NCBI GenBank assembly: GCA_044440125.1
Contig: JBITAJ010000006.1
Span: 35,840 to 99,839, forward strand
Direction of reading: 5' to 3'
DNA from: Sedimentisphaeraceae bacterium JB056
GTDB taxonomy: Bacteria > Planctomycetota > Phycisphaerae > Sedimentisphaerales > Sedimentisphaeraceae
DNA: 64,000 nucleotides
The position numbers were made by a program, and so were the translations under genes. The notes under the pieces were generated by a model, which was not told the DNA's origin, searched no databases, and saw only the letters and a program-made list of their open reading frames with translations. Shown in pieces: positions 29,505 to 38,883 of this stretch; within the stretch, counting starts at the first letter, position 1; each line of letters opens with the position of its first letter.

Positions 29505-30716
29505 TTACTCTGTTGCTTTTTCTTCTGCTGGGGCCGGTTGAGGTTGTGCTTCCGCTTCAGCAGTCGGTTCTGGTTGCTTCTCTTCGATCTTTGGAACTTC
29601 GGCCTTTGGAGCTTCAGTTTGTTCCTTTGCCGGTGCCGGAGCGACCGCTTCTGCAGGCTGCGGGGCAGGTTCCGGTTTTGGAGCATCTTCAAGCAGAGAG
29701 TCAAGAGCCATTGTCAGGTTGTCGGCCTGATATGACGGGATTGTATAAATCCAGCCTTTATGAGCTTTTGAGAAATTGTTTGCAGCTTCATGAGCAATCA
29801 GCTTGGCTTCTTTCTTCTTGAGTTGTTCCTCGCTTTCAACACCTTTATCCTTTGTGACGGGTGTTGTATCTGTGAATTCAGCAGTCAGGCTTGCGTAGGT
29901 TTTGTCATCCTTCTTGGCCAGCTTAACTGTATAAACTGTAGAATCGCTCAGCTTGCAGGTGTAGATATTGTTGAAGTTGAGACCGTTGAGCTCGCCGCTT
30001 TTCTTGACTTCATCAAATCTCAGGCTCGTGATAGCTCCGAATACCTTATCGACTTCGGCCTGCTTGGCGTTTTTGCCTTCCGGTATGTTCTGGAGCTGTG
30101 CCTTGCCGCTGTCAGAGGTGATAGCGTACTGATCTACTCCCGCCTGAACATTTACTTCAGTTATGTTGCTCTTTTCTACTTTTGTAAGCTGCTTGTCTAC
30201 AAAGCTTTGCGGGGATGTGGTTAGCCAGAGAGATTCCTGTGCGAGATAAACATCATCTGAGTCGATACGACGAACGTATGTCTTGCCGTCTTTATACTCG
30301 CTTACGACCACGCCGGTTACAAGCTTATCATCAGCACCCTTGAATTTGACTATGGCTTTCGCATTGTCTTCTGAAACTCCAAGGTCTTCAAAGTTTGACG
30401 GCTCAGATGTGTAAACCTTGCCTACTTTGATATCAAGGCATTTTGTTATAAGATTGTTTATCTCGGAGACCTTTGCGGGATATCCCGAAAGCTCTTTTAC
30501 GATAAACCCATCATCGCCTTTAACCAGAGTCGCGTTGTCATCACCGGAGCCGGTAACTTCAATAGCTGTCAGGTTAGATGTGTCAAGGCCCTGTATGAGG
30601 TATTTAATTGCATCATTTGCAACGCTTTTTGTATCCTTGGTACCTGATTGTGTAAGTACAAGGACTATCATCACCGCTGCGATTATGCCAAGTAGTGTCA
30701 GTTTTTTATTTGTCAT
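29505..30716 (-). CDS. DUF4340-type membrane-anchored protein with Pro/Ala/Glu-rich tail
   Basis: N-terminal TM; GKTYVRR..SDDVYL; located after a GldG-like gene. Confidence 0.75.
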   Translation of the reverse strand: MTNKKLTLLGIIAAVMIVLVLTQSGTKDTKSVANDAIKYLIQGLDTSNLTAIEVTGSGDDNATLVKGDDGFIVKELSGYPAKVSEINNLITKCLDIKVGKVYTSEPSNFEDLGVSEDNAKAIVKFKGADDKLVTGVVVSEYKDGKTYVRRIDSDDVYLAQESLWLTTSPQSFVDKQLTKVEKSNITEVNVQAGVDQYAITSDSGKAQLQNIPEGKNAKQAEVDKVFGAITSLRFDEVKKSGELNGLNFNNIYTCKLSDSTVYTVKLAKKDDKTYASLTAEFTDTTPVTKDKGVESEEQLKKKEAKLIAHEAANNFSKAHKGWIYTIPSYQADNLTMALDSLLEDAPKPEPAPQPAEAVAPAPAKEQTEAPKAEVPKIEEKQPEPTAEAEAQPQPAPAEEKATE

Positions 30717-30757
30717 TTTTTATCACTCCTAATTATGGTCTGATCTGCGATATTGCC

Positions 30758-30799
30758 GAGACGGCTTTAACCGCCGTCCCTGCAATTTGCGTCTCTACA
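30758..30799 (-). repeat. REP-like elements in an intra-operon spacer
   Basis: Minus strand TGTAGAGACGCAAATT then GCAG-GGACGGC-GGTTAAA-GCCGTCT-C hairpin. Confidence 0.5.
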
Positions 30800-30812
30800 T
30801 ACACGATTTCGG

Positions 30813-32789
30813 TCAATCTCTTGTACTGCTCCTGTAGCTGCGTTTACGCATGCTTCTGTAGAGTCCCAGAGCGATAGCTATAAGCAGTATCACACCTGGA
30901 GCCAGAAGCATATTGATATTACGGAGCTTGTTGCCGAGATCTTCGATACGTTCTCTTCTCTGGAGTTTCACCTGCTGGAGGCGCTTCTCTGCCTGACGAA
31001 TCTTGAGCTCAAGCTCTTTCTTCTTTTCGATTATAGAGTTGCCTACGATGGATTCCTGTCCGTCTTTGGCCTGAGAAAGAATGTCCTGCAATTCCTGCTG
31101 GAAGCCGGCGATTTCGGCATTGATCTTGGCTTCTTCCTCTGCTGTCTCAGCTTGCGCTTCAACTTCGATCTGATCCACTACGTCAAACGGACGTTTATAG
31201 TTGCCGCGGGAACGTATTGTGAGCAGGTCGCTTGACCCGGAAAGCTGTTCGATAGCGTTTAGCAGAAGTGTGCTGTTGTCGCCGACAACTGATTTACCGA
31301 AGAAACTGTCGCGGAATGCGAGCATGTCGGTAATGAAGTCAACATCGCTGAATACGATTATCGCACAGTCGTCAGATGTTTCAGTAACGGGGTCGAGATG
31401 CTTTGTCTCTGTCTTTGGTTCCGCATCCTCGCCTTCTGCCGCGTTGTCTTCTGCTTCCACTTCTACAGTGAAATCAACGCCGTCAGGATAGTTGCTCTGG
31501 AACTTGCCGCTTACCATGTAACCCATCTTGACAGCTTCGCTGCCTTCAACGAATTTGCTCATGAGTTTTGATGAATCAGGCATCATAAGCTCGTATGGAC
31601 TGCTTACCGACCAGCTGTTACCTCTGTCAGTAGTAGAGATAAGCGGTGTAAGTGAAAGGCCGTCCTCTTCTTGGCTTATGTCTTTCAGGACGCCTGCAAA
31701 CAGCATTTTGACATCGTTAAGGTTGGCTGTCATTGCTGTGTCGTTGTTGAAGCAGTCTGGAGGCGTGAGGCCAAGGAAGCCGATAAGCGGGGCAGGTCTC
31801 TGGTTTTGGCCGAGAGGCACTTTTTGAGCTAAGAGCTTGTCGCCTGCGAATTTATCCTCAGGCATTTCGAGTCCCCATTTCTTGAACAGGCTGTTGAGAG
31901 ATGAGGCCTGTGAAGGCATCTGGCCGCCCATCATCATCTGCTGGCGATCCGGCTGGTCTGCATAGCAGTATGGGTCAACGCAGAAGATGGCACGTCCCCC
32001 TGAAACAACGAACTGATCGATCGCGAAAAGCGTCTTTTCAGGAAGTTCCTTAGGATGTACTACAATCAGAAGGTCGATATCTTCGATTTTTTCAACTTCC
32101 GTCTCGATCTTGCTTACTTCAAACTGCTGTTTTAGCTGCTCAACGATAGCCCATGATGGTTTTGGTGTCTGGCCCTGCATCTGCATCATCTGAGCCATAT
32201 AACCGGTAACATCATCGCCCATTACCTCAAGTGAACTGAGAACGCCGATCTTGCTTTTCTCTCTTGTGATGGCGTTTTCAATCAGGTAACTTATGTCGTA
32301 TTCGATGAAGTTCTGACGCTCTGGTGAGAAGAACGGTATGGTTTTTTCAACGCCGAATTGTGTCTGAACTGCAAGACCGAAGAAGAAGTTTTCTTCTTCA
32401 GTTATAGGGAATTTCTTGAGGCCAAGCTCAAGAGCTTCTGATTCCTCGTCTGAGAATGGACGCGGATCAATCACTTCAAGCTTCACATTGCCGTTTCCGA
32501 ATGCTTTATACTCTTCAAGAAGAGTTTTTACGAATTCGTAGTAGTTGTTGAAGAATTTGATCTGGTCCGGCCCCTTCATAGCGGCAGTCTTTGCATAGAA
32601 GAGTTTTATCGTTACCGGTTGAGTGAGCTTGGAAAGAATATTCTTCGTGCCGTCAGACAGTGTATATATCTTTTGCTCTGTAACGTCAATCTTTGTTCTT
32701 TTTGTACCATTTATGATGAGTGTCGCGGCACAGAATGCTATTATCAGTATAAATATCACCGCGAGTATTGATCTTAGTGTTCTATTCAT
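30813..32789 (-). CDS. GldG-family ABC transporter auxiliary component
   Basis: IDVTEQKIYTLSDGT, EYDIS, IDQFVVSGGRAIFCVDP, DVDFITD, LLTIRSRG; C-terminal coiled coil and TM. Confidence 0.85.
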   Translation of the reverse strand: MNRTLRSILAVIFILIIAFCAATLIINGTKRTKIDVTEQKIYTLSDGTKNILSKLTQPVTIKLFYAKTAAMKGPDQIKFFNNYYEFVKTLLEEYKAFGNGNVKLEVIDPRPFSDEESEALELGLKKFPITEEENFFFGLAVQTQFGVEKTIPFFSPERQNFIEYDISYLIENAITREKSKIGVLSSLEVMGDDVTGYMAQMMQMQGQTPKPSWAIVEQLKQQFEVSKIETEVEKIEDIDLLIVVHPKELPEKTLFAIDQFVVSGGRAIFCVDPYCYADQPDRQQMMMGGQMPSQASSLNSLFKKWGLEMPEDKFAGDKLLAQKVPLGQNQRPAPLIGFLGLTPPDCFNNDTAMTANLNDVKMLFAGVLKDISQEEDGLSLTPLISTTDRGNSWSVSSPYELMMPDSSKLMSKFVEGSEAVKMGYMVSGKFQSNYPDGVDFTVEVEAEDNAAEGEDAEPKTETKHLDPVTETSDDCAIIVFSDVDFITDMLAFRDSFFGKSVVGDNSTLLLNAIEQLSGSSDLLTIRSRGNYKRPFDVVDQIEVEAQAETAEEEAKINAEIAGFQQELQDILSQAKDGQESIVGNSIIEKKKELELKIRQAEKRLQQVKLQRRERIEDLGNKLRNINMLLAPGVILLIAIALGLYRSMRKRSYRSSTRD

Positions 32790-33520
32790 TAGCTTGCCTT
32801 CCTTTCATCAAGAATAACACCACAAGCAACCATCCAGCCTGCAATCATCAGCAGGAAATAGCTTATATCGCTGAGCTTCACAACACCTCTCTGAAGTGTG
32901 TCGAAGTGTTCCTGGAAGCTTAAGCCGGCAACGAATTCAACCATACCTGTCGGCAGGAAGGTTGATAGATAGTTCATTGTTGTCGGCATTCCTGCAAATA
33001 CGAATATTGCACAGGCTACAACAGCAAGTATGAAGCTGATCACCTGATTCTTGCTCAACGCTGAGAAGAAGCAGCCGATAGCCAGAAATCCGCCAGCCAT
33101 CAGGATTGCTCCAAGATAACCTGTAACTATCAGTCCCATATCAGGGTTGCCGAGATAACATAATGTCGCGGGCATTGGGAATGTCAGTATCAATGCTATT
33201 GCGAGAAATGTCCATGCGGCAAGGAATTTGCCCCATACGGCCTGTCCGATAGTGATCGGGAGAGTAAGAAGAAGCTCAATTGAGCCGTTTTTACGCTCTT
33301 CAGACCACAGTCTCATGGCCACTGAAGGCACGATGAAAACAAAAAGCAGCGGCATATTCTCGAAAAACAGCCTCATATCGGCCTGTCTTGCTTCGAAAAA
33401 GCCCTGCTTGAATGTCAGATAACCTGAAAAGAACAGGAAAATAACCAGAAATACATAAGCAACCGGGGTTGCGAAATAGCCTTTAAGCTCTCTTTTGTAT
33501 ACTGCTTTAAAACCATTCAT
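32789..33520 (-). CDS. ABC-2 permease, GldF-like
   Basis: RELKGYFATPVAYV, MRLWSEERKNGSIELLLTLP, GKFLA. Confidence 0.88.
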   Translation of the reverse strand: MNGFKAVYKRELKGYFATPVAYVFLVIFLFFSGYLTFKQGFFEARQADMRLFFENMPLLFVFIVPSVAMRLWSEERKNGSIELLLTLPITIGQAVWGKFLAAWTFLAIALILTFPMPATLCYLGNPDMGLIVTGYLGAILMAGGFLAIGCFFSALSKNQVISFILAVVACAIFVFAGMPTTMNYLSTFLPTGMVEFVAGLSFQEHFDTLQRGVVKLSDISYFLLMIAGWMVACGVILDERKAS

Positions 33521-33538
33521 GAATTTTATCTCCTTTAT

Positions 33539-34255
33539 TTATGCCCTTTTACGGGTGATTTTTCTGAAAACCTCATCAAGTGAACACTTGTGTTCTTCCT
33601 TGAGGGCAGCCGGGGTGGAATCTGCCTTTATTTGGCCGTCAGCTATGATTATTGCCCTGGAACACACCGCTTCAACCTCTTCGAGAATGTGGGTTGAGAT
33701 GATGATGCACTTGTCTTTTGCCATTGAGTTGATCAATCTTCGGACTTCGTGCTTTTGGTTAGGGTCGAGGCCGTCTGTAGGCTCATCAAGAATCAGTACA
33801 TCGGGATCGTGAATGAGTGCCTGTGCGAGGCCGACCCTTCGTTTATACCCCTTTGACAGTGTTTCGATGGTCTGGTGATAGACATTCTCGATTGAACACA
33901 TAGGTACGATCTTGTCGAGTGCTTCTTTTCTTGCTTTTCCCTTGATTTCTCTGGCGTCACAGATGAAGTTCAGGAAGCCGGCAACCGTCATTTCGTTGTA
34001 TGCCGGGGCGCTTTCAGCAAGATAACCAACGGATTTGCGTACTGCAACAGGGTCCTTGATAATATCATGGCCGCAAATCTCTGCCGTACCGCTGTCGGGA
34101 GCAAGAAAGCAGGCAAGCATTTTCATTGCCGTACTTTTGCCCGCACCGTTAGGCCCCAGAAATCCCAGAACCTCACCTTTTTCGACCTCAAAAGAGATCG
34201 AATCTACCGCCACAATCGGCCCAAACGTTCGTCTTAGTTGTTTGACTTTGATCAT
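33539..34255 (-). CDS. ABC transporter ATP-binding protein, GldA-like
   Basis: GPNGAGKST, LSKGYKRRVG, LILDEPT, STH; ATG 34255 (TTG 34273 alternative). Confidence 0.93.
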   Translation of the reverse strand: MIKVKQLRRTFGPIVAVDSISFEVEKGEVLGFLGPNGAGKSTAMKMLACFLAPDSGTAEICGHDIIKDPVAVRKSVGYLAESAPAYNEMTVAGFLNFICDAREIKGKARKEALDKIVPMCSIENVYHQTIETLSKGYKRRVGLAQALIHDPDVLILDEPTDGLDPNQKHEVRRLINSMAKDKCIIISTHILEEVEAVCSRAIIIADGQIKADSTPAALKEEHKCSLDEVFRKITRKRA

Positions 34256-34316
34256 TTTTCTCTTTTGCCTCAACTAAATACATTGTTAATATTAATTTTA
34301 AACTTGTTTTGACGTC

Positions 34317-34394
34317 TAAGCTATTAGCAATAAGCGATTAGTAATTAGCTAAAATGCGGCAAAGCCACTAACTGCTTATTACTGATAGCTAATT
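34317..34394 (-). repeat. Gene-less element: inverted heptamer arms around the core GTGGCTTTGCCGCATTTT
   Basis: Arms 34319-34342 and 34367-34390 complementary at 20/24; units TAAGCTA TTAGCAA TAAGCGA TTAGTAA TTAGCTA; core at 34351-34368. Confidence 0.8.
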
Positions 34395-34605
34395 TAGTAA
34401 CCGAAACAATATTTATACTAATTAACACCTCTGAGTCAAGAATTTTGAATAAACTTAGAATACGAAATTAAAATTTCAAATGTTCATTTTGTCTTACAAT
34501 TAACCAGAAAAAGCATGGAATTTGAGTGATTAGTGTGCCTGTAAGGTGACGAGGCGCTTAATGTTTTTTCAAAAAACATCTTGAATTTGTGATTTTTTAT
34601 TTGTA

Positions 34606-34631
34606 TACTGTATTAGTAGTATAATACAGTA
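34606..34631 (+). promoter_or_regulatory. Probable GntR/YtrA operator overlapping a -10 box
   Basis: TACTGTATTA-6 nt-TAATACAGTA perfect inverted repeat 12 nt before the GntR ATG; TATAAT at 34620-34625. Confidence 0.7.
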
Positions 34632-34643
34632 ATATGGTAGATT

Positions 34644-35039
34644 ATGATTCTGAATATTGACAATCACAGCGGTGTGCCGGTTTATCGGCAGTTGGTTTCG
34701 CAGATAAGCGAGATGATACTTACAGGACAGCTTGCTTCCGGCGAGCAGCTTATGAGTGTTCGCGAACTTGCGGCCATGATAAAAGCTAATCCGATGACGG
34801 TAAGCAAAGCTTATTCGATGCTTGAGCGGGATGGACTGCTTGAGCGAAGGCGAGGGATAGGTCTTTTTGTCAGAAGCTCTCAGGGTGGCAAGAAGGAAAA
34901 GGATATGCGGCATCAGATAATGGATGATGCCGTAAAGACTGCCGCAAGGACGGCTCTGCGGCTGGGTTTCAGTGAGAAAGAGGCGATGGCCAAACTAAAA
35001 CAGGCATTGGCAAAATACGGAGATACAAAAGATGAGTAA
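34644..35039 (+). CDS. GntR family regulator (YtrA subfamily)
   Basis: PVYRQL, GEQLMSVRELA, NPMTVSKAY..LE.DG, RGIGLFV; short C-terminus. Confidence 0.92.
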   Translation: MILNIDNHSGVPVYRQLVSQISEMILTGQLASGEQLMSVRELAAMIKANPMTVSKAYSMLERDGLLERRRGIGLFVRSSQGGKKEKDMRHQIMDDAVKTAARTALRLGFSEKEAMAKLKQALAKYGDTKDE

Positions 35040-35919
35040 TGGAAATATTGTACAGATCGATGGGCTTACGAAGAAATTCGGCAAGACGACGGCTATTGAT
35101 GACTTGAATATGACTGTAGGCCGCGGGCGGATAGTGGGGCTGCTTGGTGCCAATGGAGCCGGCAAGAGTACACTGCTTCGCCATATCATCGGTTTCTACC
35201 TGCCGACTGCCGGAAAGTGCAGTGCGTTCGGGGTTGATTGCGGCAAGCTTACACCCAAAGAGCTCTCACGAATCGGGTATGTGCATCAGAATGGCGAGCT
35301 TGTGGAGTGGATGAAGGTTAAGCAGCTTATCAAATACGTAAAGGCATATTATGACAACTGGAACGAGGATATTGAGAAGCGGTTTGTTGAGGAGTTTGAG
35401 CTTGATCTCAATAAGCGGGTTGCCGCACTTTCACCGGGGCAGAAACAGCGGCTTGCGATATTGCTTGCGATATGTTTTGAGCCGGAGCTTCTCATACTCG
35501 ATGAGCCTGCCGCGGGACTCGACCCTATCGCCAGAATGCAGTTTCTGGAATTGCTGCTGGAGATCATACAGGATACGACGCGTACGATCGTTATATCGTC
35601 GCATATATTGAGCGATGTGGAGAAGGTGATTGATCATGCGGTGATAATGAAGAAGGGTAAAGTGCTTCGCGATTGCGGTTTTGATGAACTGCTTGAGGAG
35701 TATTGCAGATTGCAGATAAGCGGGGCAGGTGAGCAGGATTTGCCACAGGCGGCAATTAAAGATAAAGCACTGGAATATGAGAGCAGCGGCAATATGATCA
35801 GTGCTGTAATGAAGGCGGCAGATGTTGAGAAAATATGCAATTCGCCTGAAACTCAAAATCTGCAGACAAAAACAATACCTCTAAGCCTCGAACATATCTT
35901 TAAAATAATCGCAAGGTGA
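35032..35919 (+). CDS. ABC transporter ATP-binding protein (YtrB-like)
   Basis: GANGAGKST, LSPGQKQR, LILDEP, SSHIL. Confidence 0.93.
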   Translation: MSNGNIVQIDGLTKKFGKTTAIDDLNMTVGRGRIVGLLGANGAGKSTLLRHIIGFYLPTAGKCSAFGVDCGKLTPKELSRIGYVHQNGELVEWMKVKQLIKYVKAYYDNWNEDIEKRFVEEFELDLNKRVAALSPGQKQRLAILLAICFEPELLILDEPAAGLDPIARMQFLELLLEIIQDTTRTIVISSHILSDVEKVIDHAVIMKKGKVLRDCGFDELLEEYCRLQISGAGEQDLPQAAIKDKALEYESSGNMISAVMKAADVEKICNSPETQNLQTKTIPLSLEHIFKIIAR

Positions 35920-35922
35920 GAA

Positions 35923-37323
35923 GTGAGCAGTCAGTTAACACTTTTAGCTGTGAACATTAAACTTATATTAAGGTTCAGTAGGTTCCGGATTCATTATCTG
36001 GCACTTCTGCTGCCTGCTATGGTTTTCTCTGCGATCTATTTTGCAGTTGAAAATAATCGTCCTACGATTTTGATTGGTGCTATAACATCTTTTGTGAACA
36101 ATATTGTTTTTGCGTTTATTGTTTCTGATTTGATAAAAGATGTTGCATCAAAGCCGATTTCTGTTTCGCTGCCGGGATATAGAGAACTGCCGGTTAAAAT
36201 AGTTCTTGTCATGGGTGTCTTGATCAACCTGCTTCATTGCACTCTGCTTGTTGTCGCTAATGGCGGAGTGACCTGGCCGATCATAACTGTTTTTGCTTTT
36301 GGCGTATTTGTATATGCTAATTTGACAGTTTTAGCATTACGATGTATGAGCTTTTTTATCCTGCTTGGTTCAGGTGCTGCTTTGTTCGGAGTTCTTAATT
36401 TTATAGACGGATATAGTATTGATGAGAAAGCGTTGTTCTTCCAATCTAACGGTCCATGGATGTCTGTCGCGATGCTTGCCGCAAGTTGGTGGATGATATC
36501 CAAAGTGAATTATATGTTGATTCCCAAGATAATACAAAGCTGGGAACTTGAGCAACTGTATGAGCAATTGAGCGATGATGAGAGTGATGAGGGATTTGAC
36601 AAAGAGTCTGAAGTTTATGCGGAGAAAGAGAGTGAACGTTCCGGATTCAGAATGTATGATTTTCTGCATGGGCTTATGGAGCGTTCAGATTCTGCGGCTG
36701 TGAAATATGCTCTTGCGATTACAATGGAGTCAGTGGCTTTTATATCAATAAGCCCTGGGAAAGTTATCATTGCATTATTGGTTTTGATAATTATTTCCGC
36801 TATGGATATGGCGACAATGTTTTCGATAAAATTTCTGGCTGTAGTAATTATGTTTTACAATACGACCAATGCTGCAGTTTCTGTTGTAAGGTGTCCATTG
36901 CTGTTAACTTGCGGCAGAAGAGAAAGACTTAAGGGTGTATTGTTGGCGGGTGTTTTTTATTCTACGATAATTACGCTACTGTTCCTAATGGCAGGTTTGA
37001 TTATCGCCGGCCTGAATGGTTTGTTTGCGTTGAATAATTCAGGATGGCTTGGTGATAAGATGTGGATACATTATATGTTGCAGTTTAAATATTTTGTTGC
37101 GATGTTTTTTTTGTGTCTCATCTTATTTATGTCCTGCGTTATAAATCTCAAGAGAGGACATTTTGTACTTACTATTGCTTTAATGATCTCTCCTTGGGTT
37201 TATTTTACTGAGAGTATTTTAAAGATAATAATTTATGGATTGATATTATATTCGGTATTATGTCTTGTTGCATGGCGATGTTTTCTAAAACATGATCGTA
37301 AAATTAGCGAGGTGATATTATGA
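35923..37323 (+). CDS. Polytopic membrane protein, probable ABC permease
   Basis: Many TM segments; follows the ATPase; shares motifs with the next gene. Confidence 0.7.
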   Translation: MSSQLTLLAVNIKLILRFSRFRIHYLALLLPAMVFSAIYFAVENNRPTILIGAITSFVNNIVFAFIVSDLIKDVASKPISVSLPGYRELPVKIVLVMGVLINLLHCTLLVVANGGVTWPIITVFAFGVFVYANLTVLALRCMSFFILLGSGAALFGVLNFIDGYSIDEKALFFQSNGPWMSVAMLAASWWMISKVNYMLIPKIIQSWELEQLYEQLSDDESDEGFDKESEVYAEKESERSGFRMYDFLHGLMERSDSAAVKYALAITMESVAFISISPGKVIIALLVLIIISAMDMATMFSIKFLAVVIMFYNTTNAAVSVVRCPLLLTCGRRERLKGVLLAGVFYSTIITLLFLMAGLIIAGLNGLFALNNSGWLGDKMWIHYMLQFKYFVAMFFLCLILFMSCVINLKRGHFVLTIALMISPWVYFTESILKIIIYGLILYSVLCLVAWRCFLKHDRKISEVIL

Positions 37324-38777
37324 TTGGAGAAGCTAAACTGTTATGTCTGAATTTGCGGCATTTGTATCAGCGTCGGGGATGCTGGTTTTACTACCTGTTT
37401 TTAGCTGTCTGCGTTTTGCCGATGATTATTGCTGCTTTTCTTGGTTCGGCATTCAAAGATGGTAACAATTTGGGCAGTACACGTTTCCGTTTCGTTTTGC
37501 CTCAGATGATGTTTTTGAGTTTCTTTCTCAACATGTTTACAGGTATGCTTGCCGGTAATCTTGTAAGAAGCGTTGTAACAAAACCTTTTTCTGTGTGTCT
37601 TCCACGATATAAAAACATACCTCCTGTTATGATCGGTATTATGGCAGGGGCAGTGAATTTGATTTATGTAGGTATTTTTACTGCCGGAACTCTTCATTTT
37701 TCTTACAGCAGTATATTTGTGTTTTCTATAGGTGTATTCATCTATATAAATATGGCGGTTATTGTATTGAAGAGTCTTAATCCGGCAGCATTTTTCGGCT
37801 TTTATGGATTTATAGGCTTTTATGGATTCGTTGCCGGTACTCCTCTGCAAGAATCTATAACAAACATGCTGGAGGCAAACAGTTTGTGGCTCTCTGCCGT
37901 TTTACTTGGCATATGCTTATTGCAGTTGATTTGTTTTAATAGTGTGAGGCTGACAGAGAAAATGGCTGATACTCCTTGTGTAGACATTTTTTCAGTTTGG
38001 AATACCCAGAAGGCAAAACGGATGATGGAATATAAGGCGGCGAAGAAAAGAGAAAAATCACGTTTTGAGCCTTTCAGTTTGTTTGAAAAATTATTTAATT
38101 TGAGGTTGCGACAATCGGTAAGGAGTGGTATTGGACTTGTAATGTTGGGTATGGGGAATATACCGTCTAATTTATTATGGGGGTTTTTTTTCTGGCTGTT
38201 GTTTGTGATTGTTCTTTGCTACTTTCCTCTTTTGGGTGGAGATATGGCGAGATTAATGTTTTTTGCTTTACCGGCGGCTTTTGTTGTTCAGTTAGCCCAT
38301 GCAACAAGATTACCCCTTTTGTTAAATTGCGGCAGGAAAGAACGTTTTGAGGCAAGCATTTGGGCGGGTATTTTATATATCTTTATTATTGCGATATTCT
38401 TAGTTTTAATAGTACTTTTTAGTATTGTAATTGATGGTTTTATGCCTTCGTTTACCTTGACTGTTCATAAAGGGTTTACTTTAGATTATAATCCGCTTAG
38501 ATTCCAATACATATTGGTTGTGTTTTTAACAATTCCCGCAATATATGCCGTTTCAATTAAAAACGCTAAATTGGGTATGATAGTTTATATGGTAATGCTT
38601 TATATGATGGTTGGAATAATGGTCGCCAGCAAATATTTGCCGGAAGATTATCGAATTATGTTTGCAAAGCATCCGGGGCTTCTTGTCTTGCCTTTGTCTA
38701 TGTTGGGTTTGGTTTCGTATCTGATTATACGTAACCATTTTATCAGAAGCGATCTCAAACAGGCTTCGACTATTTAA
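37320..38777 (+). CDS. Polytopic membrane protein, probable ABC permease (paralog of the previous gene)
   Basis: Many TM segments; KP.SV.LP.Y and PLLL.CGR.ER shared with 35923-37323. Confidence 0.7.
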   Translation: MIGEAKLLCLNLRHLYQRRGCWFYYLFLAVCVLPMIIAAFLGSAFKDGNNLGSTRFRFVLPQMMFLSFFLNMFTGMLAGNLVRSVVTKPFSVCLPRYKNIPPVMIGIMAGAVNLIYVGIFTAGTLHFSYSSIFVFSIGVFIYINMAVIVLKSLNPAAFFGFYGFIGFYGFVAGTPLQESITNMLEANSLWLSAVLLGICLLQLICFNSVRLTEKMADTPCVDIFSVWNTQKAKRMMEYKAAKKREKSRFEPFSLFEKLFNLRLRQSVRSGIGLVMLGMGNIPSNLLWGFFFWLLFVIVLCYFPLLGGDMARLMFFALPAAFVVQLAHATRLPLLLNCGRKERFEASIWAGILYIFIIAIFLVLIVLFSIVIDGFMPSFTLTVHKGFTLDYNPLRFQYILVVFLTIPAIYAVSIKNAKLGMIVYMVMLYMMVGIMVASKYLPEDYRIMFAKHPGLLVLPLSMLGLVSYLIIRNHFIRSDLKQASTI

Positions 38778-38883
38778 TTTGTAATTTGGTTTTTGATATG
38801 GTTATGTTATAATTTGTTAATGAGGAAAAATCAGGCTATGGTTGCCTGTGCAGTTTAATATTTATATTTAAGGGAGAGATGTC

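Noticed and set aside
34438..34495. Possible second heptamer-like array (GAATTTT GAATAAA...TTCAAAT GTTCATT)
   Set aside because: AT-rich, poor complementarity and no core motif.
37797..37828. 14-bp direct repeat GGCTTTTATGGATT at 18-bp period
   Set aside because: Short coding repeat (GFYGF twice) in a TM helix; no functional implication evident.
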